A stretch of DNA of 64,000 bases, from positions 800,001 through 864,000 of the forward strand of contig CAXXKJ010000002.1 of the NCBI GenBank assembly GCA_963675295.2. The letters are read 5' to 3'. This document shows positions 39,163 through 49,225 of the stretch, in pieces. Under the pieces are notes generated by a model, which was given only the letters and a program-made list of their open reading frames with translations, made no database searches and was not told where the DNA came from. This DNA comes from a bacterium. GTDB taxonomy: Bacteria; Electryoneota; Electryoneia; Electryoneales; Electryoneaceae. Position 1 is the stretch's first letter. The number at the start of each line of letters is the position of its first letter. Made by a program: the position numbers and the translations under genes.

Positions 39163-40338
39163 GTGGCTGACGATCCCAGATCTGATGTGTTGGAATTGAG
39201 AAAGTTTGTCGCGCCGGAATTCGTGCATGGTGCCGGTGCGCGGCATTTGCTACCTCAGTACATCCAGAACTTCCGTGCGAAGCATGTGTTGCTGGTGTCG
39301 GATCCCGGTGTTTGTGCGGCTGGTTGGGTTGATCCGTTGGCGGCGGCTTTGCAGCAGGATGGAGTCGAGTTCACGCTTTTCACCGACGTTACCCCGAATC
39401 CAAAGGACTACGAAGTCATTGCGGGTCACGAAGTGTATCTCGAGAACGAATGTGATGCGATTGTCGCGGTGGGTGGCGGAAGCCCGATGGATTGCGCGAA
39501 GGGCATTGGCATCCTGGCGACCAATGGCGGCGACATTCTCGAGTTCGAGGGCGTGGACAACATCGCGCGACCGTTGCCTCCAATGATCTTCATCCCGACG
39601 ACGGCAGGCACGGCGGCGGATGTCTCGCAGTTTGCAATTATAACGGATGTCACGCGTGCGACGAAAATCGCGGTCATCAGCAAGGCGTTGATCCCGGACA
39701 TTTCATTGACCGATCCGGAGACAACGGTCACGATGGGGCCGGAGCTGACGGCGCACGTGGGTATGGATGTGTTGACGCATGCGGTCGAGGCGTTGGGGTC
39801 CAACGCCAGTTCGCCGATCACGGACATGCACGCGCTTGAGGCGGCACGTCTGGTGTTCACACACCTCCGTACCGCGATCGCAGAACCGGAAAATATGATC
39901 GCGCGGGAGGGGATGATGCGTGCCAGCCTGCAGGCGGGACTGGCTTTCTCCAACGCGAGTCTTGGGTTGGTCCACGCCATGGCGCACAGCCTTGGCGGAA
40001 ATAAAGATTTACCGCATGGCGAGTGCAACGCGATCCTGTTGCCGTGGGTGATGCGGTTCAATGTGGAAGCTGCACGGGAGAAATACCTCAAACTTGCCGG
40101 GGTGATTCCCGGGTTGTCGCCATCCTCGACGGAGAATGCGACCCTGAACCGGGTGATTGAGGCAGTAGCCAACTTGCAGCGTGATGTGGGGGCGAACATT
40201 CCGCTGTCGCAAATCGGAGTACAGAAAGGTGATCTAAGGGAGCTGGCGGCGCTTGCGTGCGCGGATCCGTGCGTGGTAACCAACCCGCGGTCACCGTCGG
40301 AATCTGACGTGGAGAAGTTGTTTGAACAAGCCCTCTGA
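39163..40338 (+). CDS. ercA: Iron-containing alcohol dehydrogenase-like protein, ErcA-type
   Basis: LRKFVAPE N-terminus, GGGSPMDCAK, PTTAGT..DVSQF, metal ligands DVLTH/HAMAH/PHG. Start 39163 (GTG after GGGAGG) or 39118. Confidence 0.75.
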   Translation: MADDPRSDVLELRKFVAPEFVHGAGARHLLPQYIQNFRAKHVLLVSDPGVCAAGWVDPLAAALQQDGVEFTLFTDVTPNPKDYEVIAGHEVYLENECDAIVAVGGGSPMDCAKGIGILATNGGDILEFEGVDNIARPLPPMIFIPTTAGTAADVSQFAIITDVTRATKIAVISKALIPDISLTDPETTVTMGPELTAHVGMDVLTHAVEALGSNASSPITDMHALEAARLVFTHLRTAIAEPENMIAREGMMRASLQAGLAFSNASLGLVHAMAHSLGGNKDLPHGECNAILLPWVMRFNVEAAREKYLKLAGVIPGLSPSSTENATLNRVIEAVANLQRDVGANIPLSQIGVQKGDLRELAALACADPCVVTNPRSPSESDVEKLFEQAL

Positions 40339-42328
40339 CCGCAATAACGACCCGTCCAAGGAAGATCTGAGAAGGAAAGTACTCGGGCTCGGGGAACGCT
40401 CAATGCACAAGAGCTATTACCCGGCATTGCAGGCTCGAGTCCGTGATCTGGAACGGTTCCGCCGTCTGTTGGACTACACGGACGACGGGATTTTCATGTT
40501 GGAAATGCCCGCCGGGCGGATCATTGACGCCAACGCGGCGGCCTCGGAACTCACCCGTCACTCGATGAAGCAGTTGTTGACCAAGCATTTCGCCGATTTC
40601 TTGCCGGCGGATGATTGGGAACAGCATTTCCTCGGTGCATTTGAATCATCCTCCCACCCGAAGAAGTCGATGTTCATCACCCGGATCGAACCTCTCGGTG
40701 CCAGTGAGTTGTTTGTTGAAGTGTCGGTCAGCTTCGAGAAGTTGGACGACACGCTGTATTCGATCGTCGTCGTGCGTGATGTAACCGAGGCGCTGCAGAC
40801 ACGTGAAAATTTACGGCAACTGGACGAAATCATCCGGCAGAGTCCGTTAATTGTGTTCATCACCGATGCGCAGGGCAATATTCAATATGTCAACCCGGCA
40901 TTCAGCAAGGTGACGCAGTACAAGCCAAGTGATGTTCTGGGTAAGAATCCACGGTTGCTGCAGTCGGGGAAAACGCCGGCGGAAACGTACCGCGATCTGT
41001 GGACCACGATTCTGGACGGGCGTGTATGGCGCGGTGAATTGTGCAACCGCAAGAAAAACGGTGAAGAGTATTGGGAAAGCGTAATCATTTTCCCGTTTCG
41101 TGATCACCAGGGTGAGATCTCGAATTTCGTCGGCATCAAGCAGGATATCACGGATTCGCGGCGGCTGAACGAACACCTGCAGCATCAGCAGAAGATGGAT
41201 GCGGTCGGACGGTTGGCCGGTGGCATTGCGCACGATTTCAACAACCTGCTCACCGTGATCCACGGAAACCTGGACCTGTTGATGGCCCGGGTGGATGATC
41301 GCTTCAGCGACTTCGAAGGCGATCTGATGAAGGGCATTCTGAAGGCGACAGACCAAGCTGCGACGATGACGCAGCAGCTGCTGGCCTTCAGCCGCAAGCA
41401 AGTAATGCGGACGCGGCAGGTGTCGGTCAACGAAGTGTTGCTCGACATGAAGAACATGATCCGCCGTCTGGTACCGGAATCCATTGAATTGGACACGCAG
41501 CTATCGCAGCAGGATCTGTTCTCGCTGGCGGATCCAGGGCAGTTGAACCAGGTGGTGCTGAACCTGGTGATCAACGCGGTCCACGCGATGCCGGAAGGCG
41601 GGAAGCTGACGCTTTCGACATACCTCTACGCTCCGCGCACGGGCAACATCTGTCCGACCTGCAAATTGCCATTTGACAGCGAATATGCGGTGATTCGTGT
41701 GCGGGATACAGGCTCGGGGATCAAACCGGAGATTCAGGACAAGATCTTCGACGCGTTCTTCACGACCAAGGATCACGGCGAGGGGACCGGGCTTGGGTTG
41801 TCGATGGTGTACGGGATTGTGCGTCAGTTCAGCGGTCACGTGAAGTTCAGTTCGGAAATCGGACGTGGCAGCGATTTCGAGATTCTGCTACCGCTGGTCG
41901 ATCCCGATTTTGGCAGGGATGCCGAGGAATTGCAGGATATCCGTGGCGGCCGGGAACACATTCTTGTTGTCGAGGACGAGGGCAGTGTGCGTGATATCGT
42001 GCTGCGCATCCTGAAACGACACGGGTACACGGCGGAAGCGGTCGAATCGGCAATTGTCGCCGGCGAACGGCTTGACATGATGGATACGCTGCCGGACCTG
42101 ATCATCTCGGATATCGTGATGCCGGGCCAGTCGGGGCTGAATTTCCTCGCGCAGTTGCGGAAGACGCATCCGACCGTGCCGACATTGCTCATCTCCGGGT
42201 ATTCACCCGATGTCGACATGATCCAGGAGAGCGGCGCGGCTTTTCTGGCGAAACCGTTCAAGACCCGCGAGCTGCTGGAAAAGGTACGCGAGGTGTTGGA
42301 CAAAGCGACGTCATCCAGTCAGGAATGA
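40322..42328 (+). CDS. Cytoplasmic PAS-PAS hybrid histidine kinase, ErcS-like
   Basis: N-terminal LGLGERSMHKSYYPAL motif, two PAS domains, AHDFNN, HATPase and receiver domains; overlaps the end of the ADH-like gene. Confidence 0.88.
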   Translation: MNKPSDRNNDPSKEDLRRKVLGLGERSMHKSYYPALQARVRDLERFRRLLDYTDDGIFMLEMPAGRIIDANAAASELTRHSMKQLLTKHFADFLPADDWEQHFLGAFESSSHPKKSMFITRIEPLGASELFVEVSVSFEKLDDTLYSIVVVRDVTEALQTRENLRQLDEIIRQSPLIVFITDAQGNIQYVNPAFSKVTQYKPSDVLGKNPRLLQSGKTPAETYRDLWTTILDGRVWRGELCNRKKNGEEYWESVIIFPFRDHQGEISNFVGIKQDITDSRRLNEHLQHQQKMDAVGRLAGGIAHDFNNLLTVIHGNLDLLMARVDDRFSDFEGDLMKGILKATDQAATMTQQLLAFSRKQVMRTRQVSVNEVLLDMKNMIRRLVPESIELDTQLSQQDLFSLADPGQLNQVVLNLVINAVHAMPEGGKLTLSTYLYAPRTGNICPTCKLPFDSEYAVIRVRDTGSGIKPEIQDKIFDAFFTTKDHGEGTGLGLSMVYGIVRQFSGHVKFSSEIGRGSDFEILLPLVDPDFGRDAEELQDIRGGREHILVVEDEGSVRDIVLRILKRHGYTAEAVESAIVAGERLDMMDTLPDLIISDIVMPGQSGLNFLAQLRKTHPTVPTLLISGYSPDVDMIQESGAAFLAKPFKTRELLEKVREVLDKATSSSQE

Positions 42329-42432
42329 GCTTGTCAAGAAGATCTCGTCGACGATGCGATCCCGGATTTGCCTGTCCGGGGTTCGCGGTCCCATACTCCC
42401 GCGTTGAGTAAACACAAACCTGCAAGCGATCC

Positions 42433-42765
42433 ATGTCAAAGAACAAACGTCGTGACGGGCTGGTGTTTTCCACCGGGCCTGTCCGCTCAGAACCTGAACC
42501 GGAGTCCCCGGACACGGGAAAACCGTCCGGACCGTCGGAAGCCGTGCTACGTATCGAGAAGAAGGGGCGTGGGGGAAAGACGGTGACCCTTGTTGAATTG
42601 CGCAACACGCATCAGCCGCGCGCGAAGGAGATTGGTAAAAAGCTGAAAAGCGCGTGCGGGGTCGGCGGCACGACCCGGGGGTTGGTGATTGAGGTGCAGG
42701 GTGATCAGCGCGACGCGGTCCGTCCGATCCTGGAGAAGGAAGGGTTTCGTGTCCGGGGTGGGTGA
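42433..42765 (+). CDS. yciH: Translation initiation factor SUI1/YciH family
   Basis: LVFSTG, EKKGRGGKTVT, LKSACGVGGT, IEVQGDQR. Confidence 0.92.
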   Translation: MSKNKRRDGLVFSTGPVRSEPEPESPDTGKPSGPSEAVLRIEKKGRGGKTVTLVELRNTHQPRAKEIGKKLKSACGVGGTTRGLVIEVQGDQRDAVRPILEKEGFRVRGG

Positions 42766-42960
42766 ATGGTGTAGTTGCTGTGATTGCTTGAACCATTTTT
42801 GTCTCCGATTTACGGAGTCCGGCGTTGCCCGGAGCGTTAGGCAGGTCTACCTTTTGCAGCGAACCCCATTGTTTCGTTAACTGATCAGTTCTGCAACACG
42901 GGACGGTTTTCGTGCGACCTGAAAAAGCCCCCCGTCCCTTGCAAGCACTGGGAGAATGTT

Positions 42961-43893
42961 GTGGCACGATATCCGTTTCCCCTCTGGCTGCGAGCGTCTC
43001 GTCCGTTTTCGTTCACGGCCTCGGCGACCCCGATTCTGCTCGGCACCGCGCTGGCGTTTTATCAAACCGGCCATGTCGATGTGATCATGTTCGTCGCGGC
43101 ATTGCTGGGTGGTGTCCTGCTGCACGCCGGCACCAACCTGATCAGCGACTATTTCGACTATTCCAAGGGTGTCGACCGTGAGGAAACCTACGGCGGCAGC
43201 CGCATCCTGGTTGAAAAGACAATGCAGCCAAAGGACGTGTTGACCGGCGGCCTGATCGCCTTCGGGCTGGCCTTCCTGATCGGTGTCTACCTGGTCTGGT
43301 CGTACGGCTGGCCGATTGTGATGTTCGGTCTCGCCGGCATCGCGGGCGGGTATTTCTACACCGCCGGGCCGGTGGGCTACAAGTACCGTGCGTTGGGCGA
43401 ATTCCTCGTCTTCACGCTGATGGGCCCGTTGATGGTCTGGGGCGCGCACTTTGTTCAGGTCGGCGAGCTGCAGTGGATGGTGCAGGTCGGCAATGTGCAG
43501 ATTGCGCCGCTGCTGGTCAGTTTGCCGGTGGGAATTCTGGTCGCGGCGATTCTGTTCGCGAACAACCTGCGCGACATCGAGGACGACAACGAGAGTGGCT
43601 ACCACACACAGGCGAGCCTGCTCGGGCGGAAGAAGGCACGGATCGTCTACGCCGGCTTCCTCTACAGCGCGTATCTGGTGCTGGTGGCGCTGGTCGTGTT
43701 CAAGATGATGCCGATCTGGGCGCTGCTGCCGTTCATTTCGATCCCGGCGGCGTTGAAGGTGAACAAGGTGATCCAGGAATCGCTGAAGCATGACCGTGGC
43801 CACCTGGCGATGGTGGACGTTATGACCGCGCAACTGCACTTCCAGTTCGGTATCCTGCTGACGATCGGAATCGTGATCGGGTATTGGGTGTAG
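42961..43893 (+). CDS. menA: 1,4-dihydroxy-2-naphthoate prenyltransferase
   Basis: RPFSFTAS, NLISDYFDY.KGVD, YTAGP..YKY..LGE, ANNLRDIEDD. Confidence 0.9.
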   Translation: MARYPFPLWLRASRPFSFTASATPILLGTALAFYQTGHVDVIMFVAALLGGVLLHAGTNLISDYFDYSKGVDREETYGGSRILVEKTMQPKDVLTGGLIAFGLAFLIGVYLVWSYGWPIVMFGLAGIAGGYFYTAGPVGYKYRALGEFLVFTLMGPLMVWGAHFVQVGELQWMVQVGNVQIAPLLVSLPVGILVAAILFANNLRDIEDDNESGYHTQASLLGRKKARIVYAGFLYSAYLVLVALVVFKMMPIWALLPFISIPAALKVNKVIQESLKHDRGHLAMVDVMTAQLHFQFGILLTIGIVIGYWV

Positions 43894-43900
43894 CACAACC

Positions 43901-43931
43901 AGCTGTGAGCGATGAGCTCTGAGCTGTGAGT
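43901..43931. repeat. 7-bp tandem array after the menA stop
   Basis: agctgtg agcgatg agctctg agctgtg agt. Confidence 0.8.
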
Positions 43932-43937
43932 AAAATC

Positions 43938-43969
43938 GAACTGCCACGGAGGTGCATCCGTGGCAGTTC
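43938..43969. repeat. REP-like palindrome (CCACGGA...TCCGTGG family); may act as a terminator
   Basis: gaactgccacgga-ggtgca-tccgtggcagttc, 13-bp perfect stem. Confidence 0.8.
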
Positions 43970-44094
43970 TTGTTTAACTTAAGTATAAAGGGGACAGACG
44001 TATTATTAGGTGAAACTAAGCACGAGCAAACCACGTCTGTCTCTATTTATTCGACACTCAGTTTATGCTAAGAGAGTCATAAAAGAGGTGGTTT

Positions 44095-45645
44095 ATGATC
44101 TATTTCAAAAAACACCAACAACTAAAATTTATTAGTATCGCTATACTAATAATATTTCCTTCGCTAGCAATTGCACAAGTCACAAGAGAATGGGTTCGTA
44201 CATTTGATTTGGATTATCATGGCGATGTGCTAGAACTTACAAACGGTAGATATCTTTTCACAAAATATACAGACAACAGAGAATATATTATTATAAGAAC
44301 AAATGGAAGATACCAAGATAGCCTATCTTATGCTGGCTATGATGATACAGGTTTTAACTTAGAACAAATAGATAATGATAAAGTTATTACAACAATGTTA
44401 AATTATGGAGATGATGCTAGGTTTGCATTGTTGTCGATTTATGATGGTATTTTATGGGATTCTGAATCATTTATAGGGAGTATATCATCTATACATAAAT
44501 ATAATAATAATTTTATTGTAACAGGAGTACATCGTATCAGTGCTACAAATGAAAATGCTGTCGTTGTACGTTATGATAGCAATGGAATGATTATATGGCA
44601 TAGTGAATATGATGAGCAGGGAATGGAATCTGCAAGAGACGCTTGTATTAGTGTCACAGGTAATATATATGTAATAATATCAAATGGATTACAACTACGA
44701 TTAAAAATTATTGACGAATCAGGCGATGAAATAAATGAATACCAGTATGATGGTTCTTGGATTATGTCACCACATGCGATAGAGATGATGCCCGATGGTA
44801 ATCTGTTTGTAAAAGGGACATTTTACTTTACACAGGATGACGCTAATTACGCGATGATTCTTTCCCCTGATGGCGATCTACTGACCGTCTGGGACGACCC
44901 GTACACTGGCGATTACTGGGACAATGATGTCTGGCTATTGCCAGATGGAGGGTTTCTGTCCACGCATATCGGAGATATCGGACAGCCGTTTCACTATGAA
45001 ATCGAGTTCATCTGCTACGATGGTTCCTGGAATGAACTCTGGCGCAATTCGGAGGTTGATTTTGAAAGGCGATACTCTGCGGTTAATTCTTATACCGGAT
45101 ATATCACCTCTGACCGCTCCATGTTGTTTTACGGGCAGTTCCAGCATGGTGACTATGAATGGGATGCTCTGCTTCTGAAGTATGATTTGGCACCAAGTGA
45201 CCTTGAAATTGATGTCTTCCGGTACAGCAACCGTGGAGTCCCTGCTCCCGGCCGGTTTTACTGGCATGGCACATTGATCAACAACACTGATGCAGATATC
45301 AACACAGCCGTTTGGGTACTTGTGCGCGGGCCGGACGGTTATCCCAGCGAACCGCTGCGAGTATGGGAGGACATCACCGTCCCAGCGAACGGCACGTACG
45401 AAGCCGATTTGCGGCAGAACATCCCGGCGGACGCTGCGAGTGGCGAGTACAACTACATCGTGCGAGCCGGACTAGAATACAATCCGGGACAGTTGCAACA
45501 CAGCATTCAAGCCTACTTCCCACTCACCATCACCGGTGGCGCTGCTGTCGATCTCGATCCGCCTCGTGTGCGTGGTGTCGTCGCCGCGCCGTTTGAGGGG
45601 CCGGCGATGGTCGAGCTCGCGCCAGAAGTAAAGAAGGCAAACTAG
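44095..45645 (+). CDS. Secreted probable beta-propeller plus Ig-like domain, no sorting domain; compositionally chimeric
   Basis: Signal peptide ending AIA-Q; EWVRTF, YDSNG.IIW; GAGGTGG RBS; AT-rich 5' half and GC-rich 3' end. Confidence 0.78.
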   Translation: MIYFKKHQQLKFISIAILIIFPSLAIAQVTREWVRTFDLDYHGDVLELTNGRYLFTKYTDNREYIIIRTNGRYQDSLSYAGYDDTGFNLEQIDNDKVITTMLNYGDDARFALLSIYDGILWDSESFIGSISSIHKYNNNFIVTGVHRISATNENAVVVRYDSNGMIIWHSEYDEQGMESARDACISVTGNIYVIISNGLQLRLKIIDESGDEINEYQYDGSWIMSPHAIEMMPDGNLFVKGTFYFTQDDANYAMILSPDGDLLTVWDDPYTGDYWDNDVWLLPDGGFLSTHIGDIGQPFHYEIEFICYDGSWNELWRNSEVDFERRYSAVNSYTGYITSDRSMLFYGQFQHGDYEWDALLLKYDLAPSDLEIDVFRYSNRGVPAPGRFYWHGTLINNTDADINTAVWVLVRGPDGYPSEPLRVWEDITVPANGTYEADLRQNIPADAASGEYNYIVRAGLEYNPGQLQHSIQAYFPLTITGGAAVDLDPPRVRGVVAAPFEGPAMVELAPEVKKAN

Positions 45646-45811
45646 CTCAAGTTTTACGGACTCCCGGATCGCAAGACGATCCGGTCTACCCGCCTGAATG
45701 AACCTGCCTGCAGTTCCGTTCCTGCAAACAGGCCCCGTGTCCCCGTTGCCCTGCTCTCTCGCGCAACGCTACTTTCTCTCCAATTCTCCATCACCGTAGA
45801 GGACGTTTCCC

Positions 45812-46450
45812 ATGGATATCTGGACCATTGTCCGGGACGCCAGCCTGGTCAACCAACTGCTCCTGGTGCTGCTGATCCTGCTCTCGATTCTGAGTTGGGG
45901 GGTGGTACTCGAACGTTGGCGGTATTTCCGTGTCGCGAAGAAGGCCGACCTCGAATTCTTCGGCGCGCTACGTGGCAGCCTCGACGCGACGCAGGTGCAT
46001 CGCATCGCGGAGGCGAAACGGAAGTCTCCGGCGGGCAAGGTCTACCTCGCGACGGAGCGGGAACTGCAACGGTTGAACAAGCATGACGCGTCGGCGTGGG
46101 CGGAGGTACTCGACATCGAGGGCAACATCCTGCGTGTGGACGGCGAGCGCGGGCTGCCGTTGTTGGCGATTGTCGCCTCGACGGCGCCGTTTGTCGGTCT
46201 GCTCGGCACGGTCTGGGGGGTAATGGTAGCGTTCCTCAAGCTCGGCGGGATGGAGGGCCAGCCGGCGCTGGAGGTGGTCGGGCCGGGCATCGCGGAGGCG
46301 TTGATCGCGACCGCGATGGGTCTGTTCGCCGCGATTCCGGCGGTGGTGGCGTACAACATCTTCTCCGCCGCGCAACGAAATCTGCTGTTGCGGAGTGAAG
46401 AGTTTGGACGCCGGCTGGTGGTGTCGATCCGTTCGGGCGGAGGTTTCTGA
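45812..46450 (+). CDS. tolQ: TolQ (MotA/TolQ/ExbB family)
   Basis: SILSWGV, APFVGLLGTVWGVM, VGPGIAEALIATAMGLFAAIPAV..YN; lies upstream of tolB. Confidence 0.9.
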   Translation: MDIWTIVRDASLVNQLLLVLLILLSILSWGVVLERWRYFRVAKKADLEFFGALRGSLDATQVHRIAEAKRKSPAGKVYLATERELQRLNKHDASAWAEVLDIEGNILRVDGERGLPLLAIVASTAPFVGLLGTVWGVMVAFLKLGGMEGQPALEVVGPGIAEALIATAMGLFAAIPAVVAYNIFSAAQRNLLLRSEEFGRRLVVSIRSGGGF

Positions 46451-46878
46451 TGAACCTGCAGGGCAGATCGAAGGAAGGCGACCTGCAGCAGATGCCGGAA
46501 ATCAACGTGGTGCCGTTGATCGACGTGTTCCTTGTGCTGCTGGTGATTTTCATGATCACCGCGCCGGTGATCAAGACGGCGATCGACATGGGTCTGCCGC
46601 AGGCGGAAACCGCGACCGCGGATCCGTCGCAGGGGATCACGGTCAAGATCCTGCAGGACGGTACGGTGTGGATTGATGAGGAACGTGTGTCGTTGCAGGC
46701 GTTCCCGTCGCGGTTCCGGGATATTTACTCGAACACGGGGCCGGGCGGTGATTTTCAGCCGGTGTTTCTCGCGGCGGGTGAGGAGGTGCCGTACGGGACG
46801 GTGGTGACGGTGCTGGATGAACTCCGCCTCGCGGGAGTTGAGGATCTCGGCCTGTTGACGCAGAAGGAAAGTCGGTGA
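46450..46878 (+). CDS. tolR: TolR (ExbD/TolR family)
   Basis: EINVVPLIDVFLVLLVIFMITAP, VPYGTVV. Confidence 0.9.
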   Translation: MNLQGRSKEGDLQQMPEINVVPLIDVFLVLLVIFMITAPVIKTAIDMGLPQAETATADPSQGITVKILQDGTVWIDEERVSLQAFPSRFRDIYSNTGPGGDFQPVFLAAGEEVPYGTVVTVLDELRLAGVEDLGLLTQKESR

Positions 46879-46879
46879 G

Positions 46880-46987
46880 GAAGTCGAAGGGAAGTCGGAC
46901 AGAAGTACAAAGTCGAAGAGAAGTCGAAAGTCGAACTGAAGTCGAAAGACTAAGGACGAGAGACTAGAGCCCAGAGACGAGAGACGG
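46880..46987. repeat. Two adjacent degenerate short-repeat arrays filling the tolR-tolA spacer
   Basis: AAGTCGA-type units at 46880-46946, then agactaa ggacgag agactag agcccag agacgag agacgg at 46947-46987. Confidence 0.75.
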
Positions 46988-46993
46988 TAGTAC

Positions 46994-47818
46994 ATGCGAA
47001 TTCTGAGCGCGACAACTGGTCAAGCCACACCCCGCAGCCACCTGGTATCCTTTGGTGGCCACGTGGTGCTGGTCGCGCTCGCGTTGATTCTGCCGACGCT
47101 CGGTCTGTTACCGGAACCGAAGACCGAGTTCGAGGTGGAGTTTGTCCGTCTCAAGGGTGGCGGTGAGATGCTGCCCGGCTGGGTGAAACCGACCCCGGCG
47201 CCGCCCGACGAATCGCTCGAACCGGACAACAAGCCGTTGGAGCAGCCAAAGCCGGTGGAAGAGAAGCCGAAACCCGCCGAGCCGGAACCGGCAGCGGTTG
47301 AGCAGGAAAAACCGGCCCCCGCGCCGTCGCAACCAGTAGAGGAAAAGCCGAAGCCGCGTGAGGAAACTCCGGCCGCGACGGGCAATGCGTCTCCAGCTGA
47401 AGAAACAACGGAAGAGTCGGTAGCAGACACCGAAACCGGGTCCACCGCTCCCGCGACCGAGGGAGAAACCGGCGCGGGTGTCGGGGCAAAGCCAGGACCG
47501 GAGGGGCCGGGCATGGGCGCGACCAGCGACCTCGAATTCACCGGTGCGAACGCGTATCTGTCTCGTATCGAAGCCGAGGTACAGCGCCGCTTCAACTTCC
47601 GCGGGAAAGCGTCCGGCAAGGTCGCCGAGTACCATTTCACGCTGGACAAGAAGGGCGAGCTGCATGATCTCGTGCTGATGGTCAGCAGTGGCGTGCCGAG
47701 TCTCGATCTCGCGGCACGCAGCGCGTTAACCCGCGCCAACTTTCCGCCGTTGCCGGGCAGTTTCCCCAGTGACCGCCTCGGCATCACCTACAAATTCCAC
47801 GGAGATGGTTCACGATGA
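46994..47818 (+). CDS. tolA: TolA/TonB-family energy transducer
   Basis: SFGGH TM motif, Pro/Glu-rich linker, YLSRI...SSG..SLDLAA..AL...FPPLP; lies between tolR and tolB. Confidence 0.8.
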   Translation: MRILSATTGQATPRSHLVSFGGHVVLVALALILPTLGLLPEPKTEFEVEFVRLKGGGEMLPGWVKPTPAPPDESLEPDNKPLEQPKPVEEKPKPAEPEPAAVEQEKPAPAPSQPVEEKPKPREETPAATGNASPAEETTEESVADTETGSTAPATEGETGAGVGAKPGPEGPGMGATSDLEFTGANAYLSRIEAEVQRRFNFRGKASGKVAEYHFTLDKKGELHDLVLMVSSGVPSLDLAARSALTRANFPPLPGSFPSDRLGITYKFHGDGSR

Positions 47819-49128
47819 AGCCATCGCGATTGCTTCCGCTGTTGCTGCTGCTGGTGTTTGCCGTTTCGAGTTTGTTGACTGGTCCCGTGTTCGCACAGAC
47901 CAGCGAGGATGAGGATGAAACGACCGAGGTCACACTCGAGGCGTTCGGGCAGGGTTACTACCGTCCGGGGTTGATTTACGGCATCCGGTTCGAGCCGGAA
48001 TTGAACGCCGAGCAGCAGATGGCGTCCAAGCTGTTCGATGAACGCCTGCGGTTCGCGTTGGACTGGTCGGGCTATGTCAATTTGCAGCTGACCGACTCGT
48101 TGACCTTCTCCGGCCCGCCGGAAACCGAACAGGCCGAACCGGAAAGCGAATTGCGAGTTGAAATTGCAGCGGATGAAAGCGATCCGGACCTGGTGTACGC
48201 CACGATCATGCTGGCGGAACCGGAGGGGGAGGCGTGGTACACCGGACGGATCGGGTTCAAGCGATCGTACGCCAATGAGTCCGGCGATGCCGCAGCCGAA
48301 ACGATCATCGTGCAGCTGACCGGGATGACGCCGCCGTTCCGTTCGCGGATCGTGTTTGTCGAGTCGAAGGGGAACAACGTCAAGGAACTGATGCTCGCGA
48401 AGTATGACGGGTCAACCAAGCAGCAGTTGACGAACGACGGCTCAATTGCGTTGTCGCCGAGCTGGTCGCCGGACGCGAAGAGTATCGTCTTCTGCAGTTT
48501 CCGAGACAAGGGCGACGCTGACCTTTTCATCGCCGATCTGGCGGGACGCCGGATCCGTCGCCTCGCCCCGCGTGAGGGCACCGACGCCGCGCCGGCATGG
48601 TCGCCGACGGGCCGGGAGATTGTGTTCGCGGGGTCGAACGGTGAGAACACAAACCTGTACATCGTCGACGCGGATGGCCGCAATCTGCGCAAGCTGACCA
48701 CCACCCGCGGGATCGACACCTCGCCGAGCTGGTCGCCGACCGGGCGGGAGATTGTGTTCATGTCCGACCGCAACGGCCACCCGCACATCTACCGCATGGA
48801 CAAGTACGGCTCGAATCTGCGTCGTCTCACCTATGAGGGCAGCTACAATTCCGACCCGGCGTGGTCACCGTCCGGCGACCGGATTGTCTACTGCCGCCGC
48901 ACCGACAACGGCTTCCAGCTGCACTCGATAGACCCGTTGGGCGATGTGGATGTCGCGTTGACCAATGAACCCGGCGATCACCTCGACCCGAGTTGGTCGG
49001 CGGACGGGATGAAGATTACGTACTCGTACCGTGGCCGCATCTGGGTGATGAGCGCCGATGGCACCAACCGGCGGCAGCTGGCGTCCGATGGTCTGCAGCC
49101 CGATTGGTCGCCGATTTTGGAACGATAG
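47815..49128 (+). CDS. tolB: TolB beta-propeller (PD40 repeats)
   Basis: Signal peptide; FRSRIVFV; repeated SPSWSP.G..IVF.S. Confidence 0.9.
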   Translation: MKPSRLLPLLLLLVFAVSSLLTGPVFAQTSEDEDETTEVTLEAFGQGYYRPGLIYGIRFEPELNAEQQMASKLFDERLRFALDWSGYVNLQLTDSLTFSGPPETEQAEPESELRVEIAADESDPDLVYATIMLAEPEGEAWYTGRIGFKRSYANESGDAAAETIIVQLTGMTPPFRSRIVFVESKGNNVKELMLAKYDGSTKQQLTNDGSIALSPSWSPDAKSIVFCSFRDKGDADLFIADLAGRRIRRLAPREGTDAAPAWSPTGREIVFAGSNGENTNLYIVDADGRNLRKLTTTRGIDTSPSWSPTGREIVFMSDRNGHPHIYRMDKYGSNLRRLTYEGSYNSDPAWSPSGDRIVYCRRTDNGFQLHSIDPLGDVDVALTNEPGDHLDPSWSADGMKITYSYRGRIWVMSADGTNRRQLASDGLQPDWSPILER

Positions 49129-49158
49129 TCTATGGTCTATGGTCCATGGTCAATGGTT
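49127..49158. repeat. 7-bp tandem array (GGTCTAT type), left flank of the four-helix-bundle gene
   Basis: agtctat ggtctat ggtccat ggtcaat ggtt; starts inside the tolB TAG. Confidence 0.85.
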
Positions 49159-49225
49159 ACACAAAACCACAAAACGGCCATAGCCATCTGAATCGGTATC
49201 TGAAGTATATGGGGGAGAATAACTA

